From Hallerella sp. (GTDB lineage Bacteria; Bacillota_I; Bacilli_A; RFN20; CAG-826), in the NCBI GenBank assembly GCA_963648925.1, contig CAVJFO010000036.1:1681-65680 (forward strand): 64,000 bases of DNA. Direction: 5' to 3'. Below are positions 26,779 to 35,778 of this stretch, one piece after another. Made by a program: the position numbers and the translations under genes. The number at the start of each line of letters is the position of its first letter. Position 1 is the stretch's first letter. The notes beneath the pieces are model-generated. The model searched no databases, was not told the DNA's origin, and saw only the letters and a program-made list of their open reading frames with translations.

Positions 26779-28226
26779 TTAGAAAACTCCTTTTTGTATC
26801 TTTCTTCCTCTTCGTCGTTGCATCTAACGAAGTGGCCTGGAGTGATTTCTCTCCAAGATGGGCGTTGCTTGGAATAGTCATGATCTTTGCTTGGATCATA
26901 GGCGATTCTTTGACGTGTTTTCTCGACTATTGGATCAGGGAATGGAACGGCAGAGAGCAAGCTCTTTGTGTATGGATGAAGTGGATGAGCAAATAATTCA
27001 TCAGCAGAGGCAAGCTCAACGAGGTTGCCATAGAACATAACGGCGATTCTATCGCAGAAATATTTAACGACAGATAGGTTATGCGCGATGAAGATGATGG
27101 TAAGTCCAAGGGAGTTACGAAGTTCATTAAGAAGATTGATGACTTGAGCTTGGACGGAAACATCAAGCGCGGAAACCGGTTCATCAGCGACGATGAGCTC
27201 AGGATTCATGATGATGGCTCGAGCAATGCCGATACGTTGTCTTTGACCACCAGAGAATTCGTGTGGATAACGGTTGGCGTGTTCAGGGACAAGACCAACA
27301 AGTTTTAAGACACGCGATACTTCGTTGTTGATGAATTCTTTGTCGCGGACTCCGTTGATAACTAATCCTTCAGCAATGATGTTTCTAACGGTCATACGAG
27401 GGTTAAGCGAAGCAATAGGATCTTGGAAGATCATTTGAACCTTGTTAGAAAGGGTGGTATGTTTTGCTTTGTTAAGCTCTTTTTCGTATTCTGTTTTTAA
27501 GGTCGTTTCTTCCTCGTTAAGAGTGGCTCCACTATTGATTTTCTCAATAAGGTCTTTGTATTTTTCTTCAACGAGTTGGACTTCACGAGCGGCAATATTC
27601 TTATTGAAATTCTTGTCGTCTTTTTTCGCTTGTTTGATTTTTTCTATTTGTTCGTCATGAACGGCTTTTTGATGAGCTTTGATTGCTGCAATCTCCTCAT
27701 CATACGGCTTCATGGCTTCTAAATAACGGGAATAATATTCACGTTGAGCCGGATCTTCGTTGTTTTTGAGATCTTTTATTTTGAATTCGATTCCAAACGT
27801 TTCCTCGAATTCAGCGCGAAGGTCATCGGTGACTTTGCTCTTTTCTTTCTCAATCTCTTTTATTTTTTCGATTGAGCGAACGTTTGTCCATTTGATTTCC
27901 TTCTCGTTCCAACGAGTTCCAGCCGAGATTCTGACTCCATCAAGCCAAATATCCCCGCTTGTAAGAGGATATAGTTTCATGATGTCACGACCAGTTGTGG
28001 TTTTTCCACATCCGGATTCGCCAACTAAGCCGAAGACTTCACCTTTATAGACGCTAAATGAGACGTCATGAACGGCTTTGAGATATTTGACATCTCCGCT
28101 TTTGAAACGGAAATATTGTTTGACGTGTGATAATTCAAGAACTTTTGAAGCGTTTTCGTAATCAAATTCCTTCTTGAATTCTTCTTTAACTACATCAGGT
28201 TTGGTTGTTTTCTTTTCATTTGCCAT
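26775..28226 (-). CDS. oppF: oligopeptide ABC transporter ATP-binding protein OppF, with about a 140-aa insertion
   Basis: GESGCGKTTTGR Walker A, QMIFQDPIASLNPRM, YPHEFSGGQRQR, ADEPVSALD, and the C-terminal oligopeptide-ABC extension HPYTKSLL. 483 aa versus about 320 typical. Confidence 0.85.
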   Translation of the reverse strand: MANEKKTTKPDVVKEEFKKEFDYENASKVLELSHVKQYFRFKSGDVKYLKAVHDVSFSVYKGEVFGLVGESGCGKTTTGRDIMKLYPLTSGDIWLDGVRISAGTRWNEKEIKWTNVRSIEKIKEIEKEKSKVTDDLRAEFEETFGIEFKIKDLKNNEDPAQREYYSRYLEAMKPYDEEIAAIKAHQKAVHDEQIEKIKQAKKDDKNFNKNIAAREVQLVEEKYKDLIEKINSGATLNEEETTLKTEYEKELNKAKHTTLSNKVQMIFQDPIASLNPRMTVRNIIAEGLVINGVRDKEFINNEVSRVLKLVGLVPEHANRYPHEFSGGQRQRIGIARAIIMNPELIVADEPVSALDVSVQAQVINLLNELRNSLGLTIIFIAHNLSVVKYFCDRIAVMFYGNLVELASADELFAHPLHPYTKSLLSAVPFPDPIVEKTRQRIAYDPSKDHDYSKQRPSWREITPGHFVRCNDEEEERYKKEFSK

Positions 28227-28227
28227 A

Positions 28228-29994
28228 TTATTTTTCCTCCTTGATGTAATTTAAGATTGAGTTTTTCATGTTATCGGCCTTTGGAGTGTATTCAGGATGT
28301 GCTTCAAGAGCGTTTTTGATACGCGTGATAACTAAATCAGGCGCCTTAACGTCTTCAGCTTCAGGATGAAGATTCCAAGTGGCGGCCATATGTGTTGGAG
28401 AAACTTGGAAGAATGGAGCTTGATAGACGTTATCAATTTCCAAAGCGTCTTTGTTTCTAGCGGCAAACGCATCGCCTTTTGGTGGCAATAACATATTTGG
28501 CGGGGTGCCTGGAATGGCGTTGAGTTTCTCTTTTGTATTTAAATCTGGGACAGAACCAAGCAAAGCCCATGTGTATGGATGTCTTGGGTCATAGAAGATA
28601 TCGGTAGCAGTTCCCATCTCGACGATCTTACCAGCATACATGACGGCGATATCATCAGCCATATTTGCAACAACGCCTAAATCGTGGGTGATAAAGACGA
28701 TAGAAAGATTCTTTTCAACTTTCATTTTGTTGATAAGTTCAAGAATTTGCGATTGGATGGTAACGTCAAGTGCGGTTGTAGGCTCATCGCAGATAAGAAC
28801 TTCTGGGGAAGAGCAAAGGGCAATAGCAATAACGATACGTTGTCTCATACCGCCTGATAACTCAAATGGATATTGATAGAAACGTTTTTCTGGCTCGTTG
28901 ATGCCAACATCTGCAAGCATCTTTATTGCGCGTTTAGTTGCTTCCTTTTTAGTTAAAGTACTATTAAGGACGTCAATGGCTTTATCGTATGCCTCGATTG
29001 CTTGTTGACCGATGGAAATTGTTTCTTTTTCGCTTCTTTGAAGCAATTTATTTAAATGTTCAAGAAGTTCATCGAAAGCGGCTTTGAAGTGCGCTTTATG
29101 TTCTTCTTGGGAAACGATTGTTTCACGAGATTTAGCACGAACTGAAGCAGGTAAGTCAAAGAAGTCGCTAACGTTATATTTAACGAAATTTTTGGCTTTG
29201 ATTTGCTCATGTTTTAAAGAGTCTTTAGCGGCCTTGACATAATTCTTCGCTTGGATATGGAAGACGGAGATAATGTTATCCGGACTCTTAGCGATTGAAA
29301 GTTCACATTTTGCTAATTGAGCAAATAAAGGATTTAAAACAGTTAAGACTTTCTCTGGTTTATAGCCTTCATCGGAAGAATATAAAGAAGAATACGCTTC
29401 ATTTAATTTGGGCAACAATTCAGTGATAGCCGCTTTTTGCTCATCGACAGATATTTTAGCGGCGTGGAGGAAGATATCTTCATGTTCTTTAATATCGAAT
29501 GTACCGACTTTTTGTTCTTCGAGAACGATCTTCATCTCATCCTCATCGGCTTTCTTAAGAATGGAATCAATCTTAGAAAGATAATGAGTTGCTTCTTTTT
29601 TATCGGCCTTATGCTTAAGGATCATGGCTTCGGTTAATTGTTTACCGACAATCATGATTGGGTTTAAGGATGAAAGAGGATCTTGGAAGATCATGGAGAT
29701 TTTCACGCCACGGATCTTTGAAAATTGATCTTCGCTGATTTGAAGAAGGTCTTTTCCATCATAAAGGATTTGACCATCTTCGATGATTTTGTTTCCGGCT
29801 AAAATGCCAAGAATTGCTTTTGAAGTGACAGATTTACCTGAACCTGATTCACCAACGATAGCAAGAGTTCTGCCTTTGTATAAAGGAAAAGAGATTCCTC
29901 TGACGGCTTTTACTGTTCCACCATCAGTTCTAAAGGATATACGTAAGTTCTTTACGTCTAAGATTTTTTCTAATTGTTTATTTTCCTTAGCCAT
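28228..29994 (-). CDS. oppD: oligopeptide ABC transporter ATP-binding protein OppD, with a 217-aa insertion
   Basis: GESGSGKSVT Walker A, MIFQDPLSSLNP, YPFELSGGMRQR, CDEPTTALD, HPYTWALL. 588 aa versus about 330-350 typical. Confidence 0.85.
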   Translation of the reverse strand: MAKENKQLEKILDVKNLRISFRTDGGTVKAVRGISFPLYKGRTLAIVGESGSGKSVTSKAILGILAGNKIIEDGQILYDGKDLLQISEDQFSKIRGVKISMIFQDPLSSLNPIMIVGKQLTEAMILKHKADKKEATHYLSKIDSILKKADEDEMKIVLEEQKVGTFDIKEHEDIFLHAAKISVDEQKAAITELLPKLNEAYSSLYSSDEGYKPEKVLTVLNPLFAQLAKCELSIAKSPDNIISVFHIQAKNYVKAAKDSLKHEQIKAKNFVKYNVSDFFDLPASVRAKSRETIVSQEEHKAHFKAAFDELLEHLNKLLQRSEKETISIGQQAIEAYDKAIDVLNSTLTKKEATKRAIKMLADVGINEPEKRFYQYPFELSGGMRQRIVIAIALCSSPEVLICDEPTTALDVTIQSQILELINKMKVEKNLSIVFITHDLGVVANMADDIAVMYAGKIVEMGTATDIFYDPRHPYTWALLGSVPDLNTKEKLNAIPGTPPNMLLPPKGDAFAARNKDALEIDNVYQAPFFQVSPTHMAATWNLHPEAEDVKAPDLVITRIKNALEAHPEYTPKADNMKNSILNYIKEEK

Positions 29995-29996
29995 AA

Positions 29997-31727
29997 TTAT
30001 TCCTCGCTTCCTTTTAATGATGTGTTGAAGGCGTCACGTAAACCGTTTCCGAAGAGGTTGAAGCAAATCATCAATAAAGAGATGATGATGCATGGGAAAA
30101 GCAAGAGGTGTGGGTGGGAGCTCAAACCTGCTGTTTGCCCTTCTTCTAAGAGGGAACCGATTGAAGAGATTCCGCTTGTGGTGAAATTGATGATGCCTAA
30201 GTAGCTTAATGAAGATTCCGAGAAGATAACGGAAGGAATCATTAAGACGGATGATGTGACTAATGTACCGATTGCGTTTGGCAAGATGTGTTTGAAGATA
30301 AGTCTTCTGTCTTTTGCGCCTAAAGTTCTTGATGCTAAGACGTATTCTTGGCCTTTGAAACGGTAGAACTGCATACGGGTAGTGCCTGCAACTCCAACCC
30401 AGCCTGAATATACGAAGGCGACTAAGAAGGCAAGTACGGTGACACCAGCCGTTCCAATCGCTTCTTTAAGTGCTGTGTTATTAGCAAACTGAATAGAGCA
30501 AATAGTAAGAATAATAACGGATGGAATAGCAGAGATAATATCGGTGACACGTTCCATGATAAGGTCGACTTTGCCACCATAATATCCTGAGATAGAACCC
30601 CAAATAACACCGATGAAGATGTTGATTAAGGAGATTCCAACACCCAATAAGAGCGAGAATCTAGCGCCAGTTGCTAAACGGAGGAACAAATCCTGTCCAG
30701 TTTCGTTAGCACCAAAGAAATAATACGGCTCAAAACCATTTTTATATGTGAAGTAATCGAAGTAATCAACACGGATTTGGGCAACACCGTTAGAAATGTT
30801 GGCATAAATATAGTTGCCATCAGAATCAATTTTGTAGATTGGCTCTGGATTTCCGTTAGAGTCTAAGATGATTTTGAAAGAGTTTTGAGTATATGTAGAA
30901 CCGGTTTTAGCGGTAAGCTTGTAGTAAATGTTGGCGTTTTGATTGTAATAGTTGTTCATGGCGTCGGTGACGTTATCAATTTGCGTTTTGATAGCAATTT
31001 GAGAAGCGGTCTTGCCTAATTCTGAATAATTGCAGCCAGATAAATCTTGAGCCATCGTGTCTTTATATTCGGTGATATACGTCGCAACATCGATAAGAGG
31101 CTTCATGATGGATTTGCTATCGCCATCTAAAACGTGATAGATGTTGTTTGACTTTTCGTATTCGACTAAATCGTTATAGGCATTTTCTTTGATGGAAATG
31201 ACTTTGTTACCGACAGCGTATGAATCAAGACGGACGGTATACATGGTTGCCGTGATTGTTGGAGTAACTTGATCGGTTGTAGAAGAGATGACCTTAACGA
31301 GTTTCTTGTGGTTTGAATCATCAAATTCAAGAATAGAAAGATTTTGCTCGGAATAACCGGAAACAACCTCTGTTCCATCCCAGAAACCAGTTCCTTTGAA
31401 CATTGGGTTATAAGGAAGAGCGTAGCTAAAGTTTTGATCTCTAAAGCCACCTGGATAGTCTGTTTTGCTAACATGAGCTTTAGGAGAGGCAAAAGGAACG
31501 ATTATCGCATAAAGAATGATGATAGCGATAATAACGGCCGCGACAATTGAGGCCTTGTTTTTGGCAAAACGTAAAAAGGCACCCTTTAAAAATGAAACTG
31601 GTTTTGTTTCGAAAGCTTGGTCATGCAAAGATTCAGCATCTACTTTAGATTTTTTGAAGAGTTCTTTTGGCAAGTTTTCTAACTCAACTTGGTTTTGAGA
31701 TTGGTTAATCAATTCTTTATTTTCCAT
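29997..31727 (-). CDS. oppC: oligopeptide ABC transporter permease OppC, with about a 250-aa extracytoplasmic loop
   Basis: TM1 at about aa 60-80. The conserved FGANETGQDLFLRLATGARFSLLLG motif appears only at aa about 337. Followed by a BPD-type permease core. Confidence 0.8.
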   Translation of the reverse strand: MENKELINQSQNQVELENLPKELFKKSKVDAESLHDQAFETKPVSFLKGAFLRFAKNKASIVAAVIIAIIILYAIIVPFASPKAHVSKTDYPGGFRDQNFSYALPYNPMFKGTGFWDGTEVVSGYSEQNLSILEFDDSNHKKLVKVISSTTDQVTPTITATMYTVRLDSYAVGNKVISIKENAYNDLVEYEKSNNIYHVLDGDSKSIMKPLIDVATYITEYKDTMAQDLSGCNYSELGKTASQIAIKTQIDNVTDAMNNYYNQNANIYYKLTAKTGSTYTQNSFKIILDSNGNPEPIYKIDSDGNYIYANISNGVAQIRVDYFDYFTYKNGFEPYYFFGANETGQDLFLRLATGARFSLLLGVGISLINIFIGVIWGSISGYYGGKVDLIMERVTDIISAIPSVIILTICSIQFANNTALKEAIGTAGVTVLAFLVAFVYSGWVGVAGTTRMQFYRFKGQEYVLASRTLGAKDRRLIFKHILPNAIGTLVTSSVLMIPSVIFSESSLSYLGIINFTTSGISSIGSLLEEGQTAGLSSHPHLLLFPCIIISLLMICFNLFGNGLRDAFNTSLKGSEE

Positions 31728-32872
31728 TATTTCTTGCTCCCCATTCTAATACGTGGATCGACAATTCCGTAAGAAACGTCGACAACTAATGTTCCGACTA
31801 AACCAATGAGGATGTAGAACATTGAGACAAATTGGAAGACGTCATAGTCTCTTTTATTGATTGAATCAAGGTAAAGACCGCCAACTCCGTTTACGGCGAA
31901 AATATTTTCGATAATCATTGAACCTGAGAGGATTGAAATTACCTCACCAAGAATCATCGGGAAAATAGGAACTAAAGAGTTTCTAAAAGCGTGTCTTACG
32001 GTTGCTTGACCTCTTGTTAAGCCTTTTGTTCTAGCAAGCAACATGAAATCGCTTGTTAAAACTTCAGTTAATTCGGCACGTGTATAACGAGCATATCCAG
32101 CGATTGAACCAAAGCACATCGAGAGGATAGGCAAGATAATTGATCTGAAATATTCCCAAACAAAGTAGCCATCTTTTGCAGAAGCTGCAACAGGAGGCAA
32201 TACTTGCCATACGTATCCGAATAAATATTGAAGAAGGAAGGCGTAAATAAATGAAGGAACAGAGATGACCAACATGATTAAAACGCTTAACACATGGTCT
32301 TCCCATTTGTTCTTCTTAAGGGCCATAAAGACGCCAAGGGCAAGTCCTAATGGAATAGAAATAATCATGGAATAGACGTTGATTAAGACGGTTGGAGGGA
32401 ATCTACCAGCTAAAATCTCATCTGGAGAAGCTAACCATTGAATTTTATAAGAGAATCCCCAAGGATTGCCATTTCCGCTAAATAAGTTAACGATGAAATT
32501 CCATAATTGCTGCATAATTGGCATAGGAGAATATGTTCCGTCTGCATTTTGAACATAACGTCCTTGGGCAACCATCTGCTTATAGAAAATATCCGGGTCT
32601 TTCATGCCACCATCAAAAGAGACTGGCAATAAGCGCACCAAAACAAAGCAAATCAAAAAGATTACTAAGAATGTGGCTACTAATAAGACGAGACGTTTAA
32701 GTATATATAACAACATCTCTTTAGTAGATTTGCTGGTCCAAAAACCAACGAACCCCTTCCATATTTTTTCCCAAATGGAAGGTTCATTTTGATTCAAAAC
32801 AGCTTCATCTCCAAAGCCATTTTGATTTAGTGAGCTTTCTGTTTCGTTTTGTAATTTCTTTTTCTTTTTCAT
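31727..32872 (-). CDS. oppB: oligopeptide ABC transporter permease OppB
   Basis: Permease core with the EAA-like region ARTKGLTRGQATVRHAFRNSL. The track start (TTG at 32902) lies inside the intercistronic hairpin, so I use ATG 32872 (MKKKKKLQ). Confidence 0.8.
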   Translation of the reverse strand: MKKKKKLQNETESSLNQNGFGDEAVLNQNEPSIWEKIWKGFVGFWTSKSTKEMLLYILKRLVLLVATFLVIFLICFVLVRLLPVSFDGGMKDPDIFYKQMVAQGRYVQNADGTYSPMPIMQQLWNFIVNLFSGNGNPWGFSYKIQWLASPDEILAGRFPPTVLINVYSMIISIPLGLALGVFMALKKNKWEDHVLSVLIMLVISVPSFIYAFLLQYLFGYVWQVLPPVAASAKDGYFVWEYFRSIILPILSMCFGSIAGYARYTRAELTEVLTSDFMLLARTKGLTRGQATVRHAFRNSLVPIFPMILGEVISILSGSMIIENIFAVNGVGGLYLDSINKRDYDVFQFVSMFYILIGLVGTLVVDVSYGIVDPRIRMGSKK

Positions 32873-32888
32873 AATCTTTTTACTAATT

Positions 32889-32915
32889 GAAGGCCGACCC
32901 AAAGAGCCGGCCTTC
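32889..32915 (-). promoter_or_regulatory. GC-rich intercistronic stem-loop between oppA and oppB
   Basis: gaaggccg (32889-32896) / cggccttc (32908-32915): 8-bp perfect stem, 11-nt loop, no T-run on the coding (minus) strand. Confidence 0.5.
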
Positions 32916-32946
32916 TTTAATTATACCTTAAATTGTAAAGGTTGTA

Positions 32947-35736
32947 TTAAACACCTTTATACAAAGAAGATAAATCGTTGTTATATCTTGAGCAGAACTC
33001 AGACCATTGTGCGTCGTTATAGTTGAATGTCATTAAACGAATTCCACCATAACCGATTAAGGAAACGTAGGTCTTTGTTGCATATTCGCACTTGAAACCA
33101 AGTAATGATGAGGAACCACGAGCAACAAGTGGAACGGCTTCAAAACGGTTTAAGATACCAGCTTCCAAACCAGCAAGAACTGTAAGTTTTTGGTTGTGGA
33201 CCTTATACCAATCTTCGTAATTTTCATCGTCTTCGGCAACTTCGTCACCGTATTTTGCTTCGCTGAATTCGTCGCCATTGTTCATGTCGTCGTACCACTT
33301 TGCGAAGGAACGTGTTTCGGTTGCTGGATCGATAATGCCGTCGCCATTAAGGTCGATGTCTAACTTTGTTTCAGCTTGTTTACCTTTGAAACCATATTCG
33401 CAGGTTTGAGTGAAGCTGTTATCGCAATAGACTTGCATTAAGCCATAAGGGTTAATAGCTGCGCCGCCCCAAGTGGAGAAGATCATATCGTATCTACCAT
33501 TTTGAGCAGTTGTGTAGTAATCCTTATCTTGTTTGGTGGTAACTTCAAGAGTGATAGATTCGCTATCTTTGAGTGTTCCATCTTTTCTTAATTGTTCGCT
33601 AGCATCATCTAATAATGTTGCCCAAGCGTCGTTGATGAAGTTGTAAGCTAATTTAGTGTTTTCAGCGGATTCATCATAGACGAGGAATTCAATAGAAATC
33701 TTGTCGCCTGCTTTAATGTGGCCATCTTGGGAAGAAGCGAGTTCGTCTTTAAGGGCTTTAACAACATAAGCGATAGCTAAGTTGTGGTTGTATCCGGTTG
33801 CGTCTTCGGATAAAGCAATTGGATTGCCATCTGCGTCTGTTTGACCGATGGTGTCTCCGCCTAATGTGCCATAAACTTTGCCATAAACGCTCTTACCTTG
33901 AGTGGTTGAACGATAAGATTCACCAGTGGCGTTATTAGCGAGATAAAGATCGTTAAGCAATCCTGTGAATCCTTTAGAACCAGAAGTTGCTTGGGAAGCA
34001 AATTGGGTTCTGTTTAAGGAAAGGGATAAGCCTTTGCGGAAATCATCGTTTGCTAAGATTGTTTTATTGGTGGTTGTACTGCTTCCTTGTCTATCAAGAA
34101 GCATTTCTCTTGAAGAGTTGAAGGAAAGTTTTTGAGTGTAGGATTCGTATGTGGTTGTGCAACGGCTAGAAGTGCCATAATCACGAACACCATTAACGGT
34201 TAAATCGATATCATCTAATTTACCAGCCAAGAATTGTTGCATAGCGGTATCGTGGCTTGTATAGATGTTGGTGATGATCTTATCCATTTGGAATTGACCT
34301 TCATGTTTTCCATCGCTATAACCATACCAATTTTCATTACGTTCAATTCTGATTTCTTTACCAGTTTCAAAATAGGTAAGTTTGTATGGACCATAGGACA
34401 TGTAGTTAGATACGCTATTTGAAGCATAAGAAGTAGCCCATGAACCATTGGTTAATTCTTTTGTTAAGCTGTCATAAAGTTTGACGTTAACTAAGAAGTT
34501 GCTTGTTAAGCTGAATTTTAAGTTGAGTGGAGTGATGGATTTTGTCAAATAGAAACGGATTCTATGAGAGTTGATCGTTTTAATACCGATGTCATCGGAA
34601 GTAATTTTTTCTCCATCATATGTGAAGACGTAAGTACGTAATGGTAATTTCCAAGACCATGCCTTTCCGGCATATTTGTTTCTTGAAGAAATCTTATCAA
34701 CGCATTTCTTAAGGTCGGCCTTTAAATCATCGGTGGAGTATTCTTCAATGTTATCTTCAGTCCATCCCTCTTTGACATCTTTGATTGTCATGATCTTAAT
34801 GGTTTCGCCAGTTTCGAAATCTTTGAAGCCATTATCGAAAACATCAATGTCAAGATCGACGGAGTCATTTTCAATCATGGTTGAAGAAACCTTGCTTGGA
34901 TCAGTGACTTTTTCCCAATCGTTTTTATTTGAAGAACCAGAGTGATCAAGGGCTTTCCAAAGATAATAAGAATAAGCGTTTATGATACGTTCGGCTTGAA
35001 GTTTTACGCCATATGTTTCTCCAAGTTGGTTCAAGACGTCATAATAAGATGTGCTGGAATCAGCATTTGAGTATATGGTTGAGATATAGTCGCCTTCTTC
35101 GCATCCCTTTCCAAGGTTAAGGAAGTAGAAGCCGGAATCGTCTTTGACTGTGCCTGTAGTTTCGTTACTAACCCATTTATAGAAAGGTTCAATTGTTTGA
35201 CGGCCTTGCTTATAGTAGTTTTCAGCGTTAACAACGATCATGTTGCCGTTGTAGTAGGAGTCAGCACGATAGTTGGCGTATTTTGGATTCAAAAGACGTT
35301 CCATGGATTGGACGTAATCATCAGCGGTGATTGCTGTTCCGTCTTCCCATTTGGCATCTTGATTCAATTCAATATCCCAAACCATGTTGTTAGCAACGTT
35401 ACCAAGATCTGGATAATAAGTGTCGATTTCATCGTCGGTTAAATCTGAGCCACTAACGGCAATTGGCATTTCTGCTGCCATTTCGGTAACAAAGTTATAA
35501 CCGTTCTTTTCATCGTTTAAGACAGCATCATAGAAACCCATCTCTGTGAAACCTGTAACGTATGATTCGTCGCTGGTTTGCCAGTTATGGACGTTCCAGT
35601 TACTAGGACTTGTTGATAAATATGTGTTGTAGGTATAGGTAGTTCCCGTATCAGTACTATCCCCACCATTACAGCCTGTCATGGTGAGAATAGCAGCCAC
35701 GGAAGCGATACCATATTTCCATTTGTTATTTCTCAT
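32947..35736 (-). CDS. oppA: oligopeptide-binding lipoprotein (SBP family 5, OppA-like), oversized at 929 aa
   Basis: Signal peptide plus Cys (ILTMTGC). Family-5 SBP-like segments, e.g. WEDGTAITADDYVQSMERLLNP. Sits directly upstream of oppBCDF. Confidence 0.75.
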   Translation of the reverse strand: MRNNKWKYGIASVAAILTMTGCNGGDSTDTGTTYTYNTYLSTSPSNWNVHNWQTSDESYVTGFTEMGFYDAVLNDEKNGYNFVTEMAAEMPIAVSGSDLTDDEIDTYYPDLGNVANNMVWDIELNQDAKWEDGTAITADDYVQSMERLLNPKYANYRADSYYNGNMIVVNAENYYKQGRQTIEPFYKWVSNETTGTVKDDSGFYFLNLGKGCEEGDYISTIYSNADSSTSYYDVLNQLGETYGVKLQAERIINAYSYYLWKALDHSGSSNKNDWEKVTDPSKVSSTMIENDSVDLDIDVFDNGFKDFETGETIKIMTIKDVKEGWTEDNIEEYSTDDLKADLKKCVDKISSRNKYAGKAWSWKLPLRTYVFTYDGEKITSDDIGIKTINSHRIRFYLTKSITPLNLKFSLTSNFLVNVKLYDSLTKELTNGSWATSYASNSVSNYMSYGPYKLTYFETGKEIRIERNENWYGYSDGKHEGQFQMDKIITNIYTSHDTAMQQFLAGKLDDIDLTVNGVRDYGTSSRCTTTYESYTQKLSFNSSREMLLDRQGSSTTTNKTILANDDFRKGLSLSLNRTQFASQATSGSKGFTGLLNDLYLANNATGESYRSTTQGKSVYGKVYGTLGGDTIGQTDADGNPIALSEDATGYNHNLAIAYVVKALKDELASSQDGHIKAGDKISIEFLVYDESAENTKLAYNFINDAWATLLDDASEQLRKDGTLKDSESITLEVTTKQDKDYYTTAQNGRYDMIFSTWGGAAINPYGLMQVYCDNSFTQTCEYGFKGKQAETKLDIDLNGDGIIDPATETRSFAKWYDDMNNGDEFSEAKYGDEVAEDDENYEDWYKVHNQKLTVLAGLEAGILNRFEAVPLVARGSSSLLGFKCEYATKTYVSLIGYGGIRLMTFNYNDAQWSEFCSRYNNDLSSLYKGV

Positions 35737-35778
35737 ATAGATATCCTTTCGTTATACAAAGAGCAAAAATTGTTTCTA

